A stretch of 64,000 nucleotides of DNA, taken from positions 1,440,001-1,504,000 of the forward strand of contig OY760505.1 of the NCBI GenBank assembly GCA_963663545.1, given 5' to 3'. Positions 32,025 through 40,827 of the stretch are shown here, piece by piece; within the stretch, counting starts at the first letter, position 1; the number at the start of each line of letters is the position of its first letter. This DNA is from Candidatus Delongbacteria bacterium. GTDB lineage: Bacteria; CAIWAD01. The notes beneath the pieces were generated by a model, which was given only the letters and a program-made list of their open reading frames with translations, was not told the DNA's origin and did no database searches. A program made the translations under genes and the position numbers.

Positions 32025-33734
32025 ATGATGTCGAACCTGCTACATCGACTGGAGCAGCTGGAAGCACTGGAACAGAAGGCCGACGAGCTTCATCGGCAGG
32101 ATAGCAGCTACAGCGATGCGGAGCTGAACCAGCTACTGATGATGGCTCGCATGATCACGGACAGCGAGGATCCTGACCAGATCCTGCGTGCCCTTCTTAG
32201 TAGCTCGGTGCAGCTAGTAGGCGCGGAGCGTGGTGTCCTTGGTCTTGTTGGTAGCGCAGGTGATGTGGAATGGAAGCTGGCCCTCCTCCGCGATGGCAGT
32301 GAGTTCATGGATCCGTCGAGCAAGGTCAGTCATTCCGTGATACATCGTGTTCTGGAGAGCGGACAACCGCTGAAAAGTGAGAATCTGGACGAACACTCTG
32401 CCCTTAGCACAGCGCGCTCTGTAGTTGATTTGGCGCTGAAGAGTTGCCTGTGCGTTCCTATTCGCATCCAAGGCAAAGTAGCCGGTGTGATCTATGTAGA
32501 TAACTCCAGCACGTCCATCTTCACATCCAAGATGCTGGCTCTGCTGGATGGCTTTTGCGAACTGGGCTCCGTGATCCTGACTCACGCAAGATTGCGCAGA
32601 GAGCAACAAGAGCGCTTTCGCGAATTGCAGAGCCTCCAGGCGTATCACCAGCGAATTGTCAATGCGCTTCCCAGCTCTCTCATCGTTTACGATTCGGCTG
32701 GTCTGGCCCACTTCGTCAATGCGGCTTTTCAGCAACACATGGTGGGTGGAACACAGGTGATTGCCGATCGTGATGCACCGGCCGGCCTTCGACTGAGTCC
32801 GGAGTTCACCAGCCAGCTTGAGCAGTGCCCAGAGGATGAAAAGACTTCATTTGAGGTTGTCCTCGAACACCACATCTTTCGCTGCTGGCGCTTTCCTTTG
32901 CCCGCGCAGGAAGCCTCTCGTGGATTGCGCGGTGCCGTGATGGTCGAGATTACGGAACAGAAAAAGCTTGAGCGTGAGCTGCTTGAGAATGAGAAGCGCT
33001 CTATGGTCTCACGTATGGCAGGATCAATTGCGCATGAGATCAAAAATGCACTGGCTCCGCTTACAGGGCATCTGGACATCATGCCACTGAAACTCAAGGA
33101 TCACCCCGAAGCGCTTGAGATTATCGCCTCGGAGCTGAAGATTATTGAGGAAATGGCGGGCCGTGTGGGACGTATCACAAGCAATCTCTCTCAACTGAGC
33201 AAGCCACTACGGTTTGCGCCAACGCGACTCAACCTGAACATGCAGGCGCGAAGTGTTACAGAGCTCTTGCGTGAGACAAGCGGCAAAATCAAGCACTATC
33301 ACATTGTCGACATGGACAAGCCAGATACACTCGTGGTGCCTGAGGGCACACTGTACGAGCTGCGTCTTGAGTTAGAACCGGGGCTTCCCTCCATCCAGGC
33401 TGATCCGGATCTCTTACAACAGCTCCTGCTGAATCTGGTGATTAACGCAGCACACGCGGTCGAGGCAAAGGGCACGGGTTGGGTCAGCATTCGTACTGCT
33501 CATGGCATCGATTCTGTGGTATTGGAAATCGAAGACAACGGGTGCGGCATCAGTGCCGACAACCTGAAGAAAATCTGGGAGCCCTATTTCACAACCAAGG
33601 GCGAAAAGGGTACGGGAATGGGTTTGCATTTCGTGCGCACAGTAGCGGAATCGCACGATGCCGAATTGACCCTGACAAGCGAAGAGGGCCAGGGAACCTG
33701 TTTCACACTTGCATTTCCACTTGCTACAAGATAG
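32025..33734 (+). CDS. GAF-domain sensor histidine kinase
   Basis: GAF (AERG, SCLCVPI, GVIYVDN); H-box IAHEIKNAL; NLVINA, DNGCGI, PYFTTK, GTGMGL. Confidence 0.92.
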   Translation: MMSNLLHRLEQLEALEQKADELHRQDSSYSDAELNQLLMMARMITDSEDPDQILRALLSSSVQLVGAERGVLGLVGSAGDVEWKLALLRDGSEFMDPSSKVSHSVIHRVLESGQPLKSENLDEHSALSTARSVVDLALKSCLCVPIRIQGKVAGVIYVDNSSTSIFTSKMLALLDGFCELGSVILTHARLRREQQERFRELQSLQAYHQRIVNALPSSLIVYDSAGLAHFVNAAFQQHMVGGTQVIADRDAPAGLRLSPEFTSQLEQCPEDEKTSFEVVLEHHIFRCWRFPLPAQEASRGLRGAVMVEITEQKKLERELLENEKRSMVSRMAGSIAHEIKNALAPLTGHLDIMPLKLKDHPEALEIIASELKIIEEMAGRVGRITSNLSQLSKPLRFAPTRLNLNMQARSVTELLRETSGKIKHYHIVDMDKPDTLVVPEGTLYELRLELEPGLPSIQADPDLLQQLLLNLVINAAHAVEAKGTGWVSIRTAHGIDSVVLEIEDNGCGISADNLKKIWEPYFTTKGEKGTGMGLHFVRTVAESHDAELTLTSEEGQGTCFTLAFPLATR

Positions 33735-33755
33735 CCAGGGTTTCAGCTGCTAAAG

Positions 33756-33784
33756 AAAAGGCCCGATGTATCACCGGGCCTTTT
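33756..33784. terminator. Bidirectional intrinsic terminator with the GTATCAC word in its loop
   Basis: aaaaggcccg-atgtatcac-cgggcctttt between convergent genes. Confidence 0.85.
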
Positions 33785-33810
33785 GTGTTCACGTGTATCA
33801 CACAAGGATA

Positions 33811-34455
33811 CTATTCGGCTTTTTCTTCCGGCTCATCCACCGGCTCGCTACCGTCACCAGTGGGAGGACCGTTAGCGATGATATACTTCGTGAAGTGCTC
33901 AACGCTGGCATGGACCCAAATACGAATGTCCTCGTCTTCACACTGACATTCTTCATTCCACACCATGACGGGCTCGAACTCGATCCACGACGGAACTAGC
34001 TCATAAAGGCCATCCTCGTGATCGTAGAACATGGCCAACAACTCGGGATTGACGGCGTCCATATTGTCCACCAGATCCAGTGCATAGGACACTTGAATCG
34101 GCTGGGCAAACACAGTACCATCGGGACCGAAGTCGTAACCGTACTCCGGCGATTCCTCATCACCTTGCCAATTGGCAGTGAGAGTCATCGCATCCGTGAC
34201 ACAACCCGGCTGAACCTGTACATGAATCAGACCATCGGTGTACTCAGCTTGTCCATCGGGGGTAACTTCAAAGCACTGCATATCAGCAACAGCGTCAGCC
34301 TTCGGGGCTACCCGGGACGGAACAAGAATCTGAATCTGGTCGGCAGTATACAGGATGGGTCCATCGTTCGACTGCATACCACTGTCGCTACAACTAGCGG
34401 CTAGCAGAAGAACCGAAAACCCGCTGCATAATGCGGCGTAGTGCAAGCGCTTCAT
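33811..34455 (-). CDS. Putative lipoprotein, paralog A (ZU5-like motif)
   Basis: Lipobox-like LAASC; YDFGPDGTVFAQPI and VEHFTKY; ATG 34455 after AGGAG. Confidence 0.75.
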   Translation of the reverse strand: MKRLHYAALCSGFSVLLLAASCSDSGMQSNDGPILYTADQIQILVPSRVAPKADAVADMQCFEVTPDGQAEYTDGLIHVQVQPGCVTDAMTLTANWQGDEESPEYGYDFGPDGTVFAQPIQVSYALDLVDNMDAVNPELLAMFYDHEDGLYELVPSWIEFEPVMVWNEECQCEDEDIRIWVHASVEHFTKYIIANGPPTGDGSEPVDEPEEKAE

Positions 34456-34728
34456 CTCCAACTCCTGCCTGCGAATAAAACTTGTCTTGCTGCGTGGTAA
34501 CACAATCCGGAGTGCGTCCAACCCCCGCCGTACGGAATCCGATGCGGTGCAACCACTCACCAAGAGTTTAACAGCTTCCTGGACAGGAGGCAAACACTAA
34601 TTCACCTCATTCAATGAGTATTGGGCTAAATCGTCTTGATTTGGGCTGTTGTGTATAGATGAAGATTTATTTGGTCAGGATTGGCACAATATTGCATTCA
34701 GGAGTTTTTGTTTGCGGACCAGAGCACC

Positions 34729-34756
34729 AAAAAGCCCGGAAGAATCCGGGCTTTTT
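34729..34756 (-). terminator. Intrinsic terminator after lipoprotein B
   Basis: aaaaagcccgga-agaa-tccgggcttttt. Confidence 0.85.
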
Positions 34757-34775
34757 GATCTCGATAGAAGCTCTG

Positions 34776-35384
34776 TTAGCGCAAACCCACACCCGTCGGG
34801 GGGCCCGTGGCGATGATATACTTGGAGAAGTGGTCAACCCAGCCAACAACCCAGATCTTGAAGTCTACATCGTGGTATCCGCCGTTCGGGTTGAACACCG
34901 GCTCGAAGTAGATGTAAGAATAGATCTGCTCATAAGTGCCGTCTTCACGGTCGTAGTACATGGAAAGCAAATCCAGATCCACATCGGACGGACTATCCAC
35001 CAGGTCAAGTGCATAGGCGACTACGATTGGACGCTCAAAGACCAGACCTTCCGGACCAAACTCATAGCCATATTCAGGATTCTCTTCATCATCGCCCTGC
35101 CAATGCGCAGTTAGAATCATATCATTCGGCACACTTCGGGCTTGAACATCCATGCGCAGCAATGGAGTGCGATAACGAGTGCGGTTGTTTTCACCGACGA
35201 AGATCTCATGATCATCGTCAACGGCCACTCCTTTGGCAATCGTTGCAGAAGGTGTCAGAATCTGAATCTGGTCCGCAGTCAGAATGACGGATTCTTCGTG
35301 GTTTTGAGTGCTGGTGCTTTCGCACCCGATCAGGGCAATCAGGGCAACGCCCGCAAGTGCCATCAGCAAGTGAATCTTCTTCAT
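34776..35384 (-). CDS. Putative lipoprotein, paralog B (ZU5-like motif)
   Basis: Lipobox LIGC; YEFGPEGLVFERPI and VDHFSKY; shares TADQIQIL, WQGDxExPEYGY and YALDLVD blocks with paralog A. Confidence 0.78.
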   Translation of the reverse strand: MKKIHLLMALAGVALIALIGCESTSTQNHEESVILTADQIQILTPSATIAKGVAVDDDHEIFVGENNRTRYRTPLLRMDVQARSVPNDMILTAHWQGDDEENPEYGYEFGPEGLVFERPIVVAYALDLVDSPSDVDLDLLSMYYDREDGTYEQIYSYIYFEPVFNPNGGYHDVDFKIWVVGWVDHFSKYIIATGPPTGVGLR

Positions 35385-35430
35385 GTGTATTTCTCCCGAT
35401 TGACTTCTCGATATTTCGTACAAGCCAATG

Positions 35431-35445
35431 GCAAAGCCTGTGCCA
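35431..35445 (-). promoter_or_regulatory. Sigma-54 (-24/-12) promoter
   Basis: Minus strand TGGCAC-AGGCT-TTGC with canonical spacing, about 47 nt upstream of the ATG at 35384. Confidence 0.7.
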
Positions 35446-35770
35446 ATGCATTCAGCAAATCCAAGTTGTTGCTTTTCTGACACTTAATCAGACAATAGTA
35501 TTGTGTCAGGTTTGTCCAGTTACACCACACTGGTGTATATGAACCATATTGCGTCTATGAACCAGCTGTGTTCGCACTCAGGGAACAGAATGCCGCGCCG
35601 TTAAATCTCTGCGTTATAGTATTTTCTTTGACGCATGAATTGTTTTCTGTCTGCCGCACTTATGTTGATGGGCATAAACGCAGCGCGCCAGAGTTTAAAA
35701 CTGACGTATTGTTCAGAATGCTCGTGGGGGGGATGAAACGGGGGCCGAAGCCCCCGCGAGGAAGGCGAGT

Positions 35771-36148
35771 TTAGGCGTTTCCGTTCCGCTGCTCAACGAT
35801 GCGATGCACGTAATCGTTGACCACAATCAGATCATCGATAGGCATGGCCGAAAGCTCACGCAATAGTTTTTTAATTACCACGCGCTTCACTTCGTTCTTG
35901 CGCAACAGACCTTGCAAATCCTCGTTGACCAGCTCCTCGGGGCTGACAGCGAGATGAAGAAGACTACTAATCAACTCCGAGATGGTCTCAATGCTCTGGC
36001 GATAGGGCTTTCTTCCTGCCAGCCACATCGACACGGTCGCCTTAGAAACGCCGCACTGGCGAGCTACATAGGCCTTAGTGATACCAAGGTTTGCAAAGAT
36101 GTAGTTTAGATTATTGATGAAAGTTGACGGCTCCATGGGATACTCCAT
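35771..36148 (-). CDS. XRE-family helix-turn-helix transcriptional regulator
   Basis: ITKAYVARQCGVSKATVSMWLAGRKP HTH pattern. Confidence 0.75.
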   Translation of the reverse strand: MEYPMEPSTFINNLNYIFANLGITKAYVARQCGVSKATVSMWLAGRKPYRQSIETISELISSLLHLAVSPEELVNEDLQGLLRKNEVKRVVIKKLLRELSAMPIDDLIVVNDYVHRIVEQRNGNA

Positions 36149-36371
36149 TTTTCGTTCAACAAAGGAACAACACGTTTGAGCCCTCTCCTCTATTCTTCCT
36201 TAAGCCAGCTCAAAGTACGAAAGTCTTTGTGCAACCACCAGACGCATCGCCCCTGGTAGCGGAAGCATGCACGACAAACCAAGTCTATGTTATCTTCATT
36301 ACTATTGTTCCCGGAAGCGGTGTTTCCCTATACGAATCCCCCGCAATGGCGAAGCTAAACCAGGAGTTGGC

Positions 36372-37697
36372 ATGAGCATTTTCAAAGCCTATGATATCCG
36401 AGGGCTGGTACCGGAAGAATTGAACGAAGAATTGGCATATCAAATCGGCCGTGCAGCGGCTTCGCATTTCCCAGCGCACAGGTTCCTGGTAGGCACAGAC
36501 GATCGCGCTAGCCGTCAGCAAATGTTTGAGGCTTTCACCCGCGGTTTACGCGAGCAAGGCGTTGACGTGGTCCACATTGGTCGGGTCTCTACGCCCATTT
36601 TGTACTTCTCCGTAGCTCATTTTGGCTTCGACGCCGGAGTAATGATAACCGCCTCGCACAATCCGGGGAGGTACAATGGATTCAAGTTCTGCCTGAGCGG
36701 TGCCGCTCCTGTACCCAGCGAAGAGCTGCAGCAGCTACGCCGCAGGGTGGACGAGCAGGATTTTGCACCGGGATCAGGCAAGCTGGGGACACTTGAAGAG
36801 CTCGATCCTTTTCCCGCTTACCGCAGTTTCTTGCAAAAAAACATGCCCCTGAAGCGTCGCTTCAAACTGGTCATGGATGCAGGTAATGGCGTATGCGGAT
36901 TGTTCACGCGAGAGAACCTGGCTTGCGCCCCCCTTGATATTGACGCCATGTATTTCGAGAGCGATCCGACCTTCCCAAATCACGAACCTAATCCGCTTGA
37001 ACCTGAAAACACAGTGGATCTGCGCAAACGAGTGCTAGCGACAGGGGCTGAGCTAGGTGTCGCGCTGGACGGGGACGGCGACCGCGTAATGCTTGTTGAC
37101 GAAAAGGGTAACTTCCTGCAGGGTGACATCACCACTTTGCTTATCGCGCTAGGCATGAAGGAATCCGGCCACAGTGGGTTCAATGTGCTCATTGATTGTC
37201 GCTCCAGCCGTGCTGTAGCCGAAATTCTGAAGGAAAACGGGCTGAGTGTCACACCCAGTCGGGTTGGTCATACTTTCATTAAGACGGCGATGCGCAAGCA
37301 CAACAGCTTGTGTGGAGGTGAGCTTTCAGGCCATTACTACTTCGCCGATAGCCATTACACTGAGAATACCGACCTGGCGCTGTTCACTATCCTCAAAATG
37401 ATGGAAACGAACGGCAAGACTCTAAGCGAGTTGACAGAACCGCTGATGCGTTACAGCCAGAGTGGTGAGATCAACAGCGAAGTCGCCGATGTCCAGGCAA
37501 CCCTGAACCGGATTCGTGATACATACAGTGATGCAAGTTTCAGTGAAATTGATGGTCTGACGGTCGAGTACGAGAAATGGTGGTTTAATCTGCGGCCCTC
37601 AAATACCGAGCCTAAACTGCGACTGAATCTTGAGGCGGACACTCCCGAGTTAATGGAGCAGAAGCGCGACGAGGTACTTGCTGTGATACGAGCGTGA
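36372..37697 (+). CDS. Phosphomannomutase/phosphoglucomutase
   Basis: FKAYDIRG, ITASHNP, DGDGDR, GELSGH, RPSNTEP; ATG 36372 after AGGAG. Confidence 0.95.
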   Translation: MSIFKAYDIRGLVPEELNEELAYQIGRAAASHFPAHRFLVGTDDRASRQQMFEAFTRGLREQGVDVVHIGRVSTPILYFSVAHFGFDAGVMITASHNPGRYNGFKFCLSGAAPVPSEELQQLRRRVDEQDFAPGSGKLGTLEELDPFPAYRSFLQKNMPLKRRFKLVMDAGNGVCGLFTRENLACAPLDIDAMYFESDPTFPNHEPNPLEPENTVDLRKRVLATGAELGVALDGDGDRVMLVDEKGNFLQGDITTLLIALGMKESGHSGFNVLIDCRSSRAVAEILKENGLSVTPSRVGHTFIKTAMRKHNSLCGGELSGHYYFADSHYTENTDLALFTILKMMETNGKTLSELTEPLMRYSQSGEINSEVADVQATLNRIRDTYSDASFSEIDGLTVEYEKWWFNLRPSNTEPKLRLNLEADTPELMEQKRDEVLAVIRA

Positions 37698-37721
37698 TGC
37701 TTTTGTATCACAGCATCAGAT

Positions 37722-37752
37722 AAAAAAGCGCCCCGTGTGATACGGGGCGCTT
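37722..37752 (-). terminator. Intrinsic terminator with the GTGATAC word across its loop
   Basis: aaaaaagcgccccgt-gtgat-acggggcgctt between convergent genes. Confidence 0.8.
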
Positions 37753-37777
37753 CTGTAGTCTAGTAGAAAAGAGGAAC

Positions 37778-39241
37778 TTAGTTGGTCTTTTTCTTGGGTG
37801 CCTGCGACTGCGGCAAGGTTGCCGGGTCGACTGAAGATAGACCCGCCTGACGCACTGCATCATGATCCGGTGTGCTAAGAGCGGCCACATCATGCACCAG
37901 CGGAAGTGCACGCTGAAGATCGAAATCAGGATCCTGCTCGGGACTGTGACAATGGGCACAGCTCTCGCTCGGATTCGCAAGGGTTTCCAGCGCAGCGCCC
38001 TCTGACTTCACGTGAGCACTTCCCGGCCCGTGACACGCTTCGCACTGCACGTTGTACAATTGCGGTGTATCACGGCGATTGATATATCCTGATTCGACCA
38101 TATAGCCCGTGACACAGCGGCGCAGCGCGCTCTCATCATCAGATCTGCGGTCGCGAATCAAGTCGCTGAATGCACGAGCGTGCAGCGTCGACTTGTAAGC
38201 CTGATGCACTTCACGATGGCAGTTGCGGCATTCGCTTTCACCGACAAAGGTGTACTTGCTGTCGTGCCACGGCAGAGTGCGCTCATCCAGATTCAGCTCG
38301 GATAGGCGCTCCTGGCGGTTGCGCTCAATCTCACGCTTCTTCTCACGCTCCTGCTCACCCTTGAAGTCTTCCATCATCTGGGCAACTTCAGGATTACGCG
38401 GCATGTCGTGATCCAGCTTGATCAGCACGAATTTGCTGTCAACGATCCGTTTTTCCCTGTTCAACAACAACTCGAAGCGCGCTATGTGACGGCCACGATC
38501 ACCGCAATTGCCGACGTAGGTCTCGCCTACGCGACGCGAAGTGTTCCAGGGATTCGCCACTCCTCCCAACATGACCACGTCAACCTCAGGAACCCGGCTG
38601 ATGAGGTCTTCAGGAGTACGATTGCTGGTATGAGCCAACATGACCAAGACATCGCACTTGCGACGGAATCGACGGACCGCTTCCTCCAGGTCGTCGGTAA
38701 CACGGCTACTGTCCATGCCGTTGGACGGGTAAGTCGGATCAGCCCAGGTGAAGACGCCGACCTTGATTCCGTCGACCTTGTGCACAGAGAAATCACGCAC
38801 GGTCTTGGGAACAACGCCCTGTCTATAATTAGAACCGACCCAGTCGAAGTTGGAGCGCTTGATCATCGGAGTAAGAACCGAATCCGGTAGCATGACGTCC
38901 TTGGGACCAAGCCCGATGACGTCATAATCCTGACGATTCATAATGTCGATGATAAAACCCGCCTCGCGATCCTGTTCTTCGCCCCGCTTCATACTGTGCA
39001 GGTTACCCGCGTCAAGCAACATCATGTGCTTGCCGAACATGGCACGCAAAGAGTCCACAACGTAAGTACGCCGGGCAAGACCGCCCAGCTTCTTGTTGTG
39101 TCAACCACAATCCTCGAGATAGCCCTTGCAATCGGAAGTAAACACCAAAGCCAGATCATAGCTGTCGCGCGAAGGCGTACAACTCGTCAGGCTTAGCAGC
39201 AGGGCTATCAGGGCAAGCAATCCAAGCAGCGTATTGCGCAT
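37778..39241 (-). CDS. Probable selenoprotein: lipoprotein with UshA/5'-nucleotidase-like N-terminal domain (CGU motif, TGA = codon 47) fused to a c554-like multiheme cytochrome c domain
   Basis: Reading through the TGA at 39101-39103 joins MRNTLLGLLALIALLLSLTSC...GYLEDCG-U-HNKKLGGLARR in frame to ORF 37778..39058; colinear with the neighbouring paralog; heme motifs CRNCH, CEACH, CAHCH. Confidence 0.85.
39056..39100 (-). promoter_or_regulatory. Bacterial SECIS-like hairpin immediately 3' of the in-frame TGA
   Basis: Minus strand CACAAC-AAGAA-GCTGGGC-GGTCTT-GCCCGGC-GTACTTAC-GTTGTG; paired lower and upper stems with a GGTCT apical loop. Confidence 0.75.
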
Positions 39242-39450
39242 GTTGCCCTCATCTCCTTAAAACACTATGCCGAAGTACTCTTCGGCGCCAACACGTCATT
39301 CATCCATATGGATATGGATAAGACTCGGAATATACGCCAATCACAAAGCAGACACAAGCGAATTCTCATACAGTATTTCGCGTTACACCGAAGAGGTTAA
39401 CGCTGCGAGGAAAACAACGAGCATCACTCCAATCTGCTTCGTAATATCAG

Positions 39451-40827
39451 CTACTTACTAAGCATCGACAGTGGGGGAACGCGATGCAAGCCAGCGTCCA
39501 AATCTCCATCGACAGTAAATGCGTTAACGTCGTGACATGTTCCGCAGGATTGCCAGGGATCGGCCAAGGTCCCCGTCTCTCCACCATTAGCGTCTACGTG
39601 AGCACTTCCCGGGCCATGGCAAGCCTCACATTGGACGTTGTAAAGCCAGCTGGAACTGCGATCCACATAGCCGCCACGTACCAGGTAGCCCGTGACACAG
39701 CGGCGAAGCTCTGATGGGTTTTCCTCTTCTCCTGATCGTAATAGGGCCGCGTAAGCTGTAGCATGGGGAGTTGCTTCGAATGCCGCATAGATACCGGCGT
39801 GACACTCCTTGCAGGCACGGGCTCCCAGAAAGAAGTGCTTCGCGTCATGATAGAGCAAGGCTGTCTCATCCAAATCCAGCTCAGTCAGGATCTGCTGCCG
39901 TTTTGCTTCTTGCGCCTCGCGACGCTGAACTCGCACCTCTTGTTTGAATTCGCGAATACGTCGGGCCGTCACGGAATCCTCAGGAAGACCCGGCTCCACG
40001 GGAATCAGCACGTACTTCGAAGAGCTGATGCGCTTCTCGCGCGTCAACTCCAACTCGAAACGGCCGATGTACTGGCCGCGATCTCCGCAATTGCCGACCA
40101 GCATGCCATCCAGATTAGATTCGCTCATGACCGGAAAGCCTACACCTCCAAGCAGCACAACGTCTGCGCCCGCCGCCTGCTTCAAGAAGACCTCGGGATG
40201 TAACACGTCAGTGTACACGATCAGTACCAACACGTCGCATTCCCGGCGCACGCGAATGATCTGCTCATGCAGATTTCCCTCAAGGTCGTTGTGGCCAAGC
40301 GCGCCGTGTTCCCAATTTGGGTCTATCCAGTTCAACACCGTGATACGTAGGCCGTTGATTCGCTCGTGACACACCTGTTCAACCTGGGAGGGAATTGTAT
40401 CACGACGATAGTTCGACCCCAGCCAGGGGATTTCCGATTGCTTCACCAATGGACGAAGGAGACTGTCTGGAAGTACGGCATCCAGCGGTCCGAGACCGAT
40501 CAGGCTATATCCCTGCTGCTCAAGAATCCTCTCCATCAGCAATGCTGACTGCTGCGCCTCTAGGTCGGTGTTGCTTCCGTGTAGATTGCCAGTATGAATC
40601 AGCAGCATCTCTTCGCCCATCTCCCGGCGCAGACTATCCAGGATATAGCTGTGTCGCGCCAGGCCGCCCAGTTTGCCGCTATCGAAATCGCAGCTTTCCA
40701 GATATCCCTTGCTGTCGGAACTGAACGCCACAACGAGCCTGTATGAATCCGGTGTATCACGACATCCCGATAGAACAGCGGCAATCAGCCCGAGCAGGAT
40801 CAGCGAGAGATGCGCCGTACGCTTCAT
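39451..40827 (-). CDS. Lipoprotein paralog: UshA-like domain plus multiheme cytochrome c, without Sec
   Basis: Lipobox LSGC; GYLESCDFDSGKLGGLAR; GNCGDRG; CKECH, CEACHGPGSAH, CGTCH. Confidence 0.85.
   Translation of the reverse strand: MKRTAHLSLILLGLIAAVLSGCRDTPDSYRLVVAFSSDSKGYLESCDFDSGKLGGLARHSYILDSLRREMGEEMLLIHTGNLHGSNTDLEAQQSALLMERILEQQGYSLIGLGPLDAVLPDSLLRPLVKQSEIPWLGSNYRRDTIPSQVEQVCHERINGLRITVLNWIDPNWEHGALGHNDLEGNLHEQIIRVRRECDVLVLIVYTDVLHPEVFLKQAAGADVVLLGGVGFPVMSESNLDGMLVGNCGDRGQYIGRFELELTREKRISSSKYVLIPVEPGLPEDSVTARRIREFKQEVRVQRREAQEAKRQQILTELDLDETALLYHDAKHFFLGARACKECHAGIYAAFEATPHATAYAALLRSGEEENPSELRRCVTGYLVRGGYVDRSSSWLYNVQCEACHGPGSAHVDANGGETGTLADPWQSCGTCHDVNAFTVDGDLDAGLHRVPPLSMLSK

Noticed and set aside
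34456..34600. Long 5' region of lipoprotein A as a possible riboswitch
   Set aside because: No match to a riboswitch consensus that I can recognise; an Rfam covariance search would be needed to settle it
34682..34695. TGGCAC-AATA-TTGC sigma-54-like site on the plus strand
   Set aside because: GG-to-GC spacing is one base short and it points into a terminator with no credible gene downstream
39101..39103. In-frame TGA read as a pseudogene lesion or an alternative genetic code
   Set aside because: The CxU context and adjacent SECIS-like hairpin favour selenocysteine; TGA acts as a normal stop in many genes here (guaB, pyrH, tsf, clpX)
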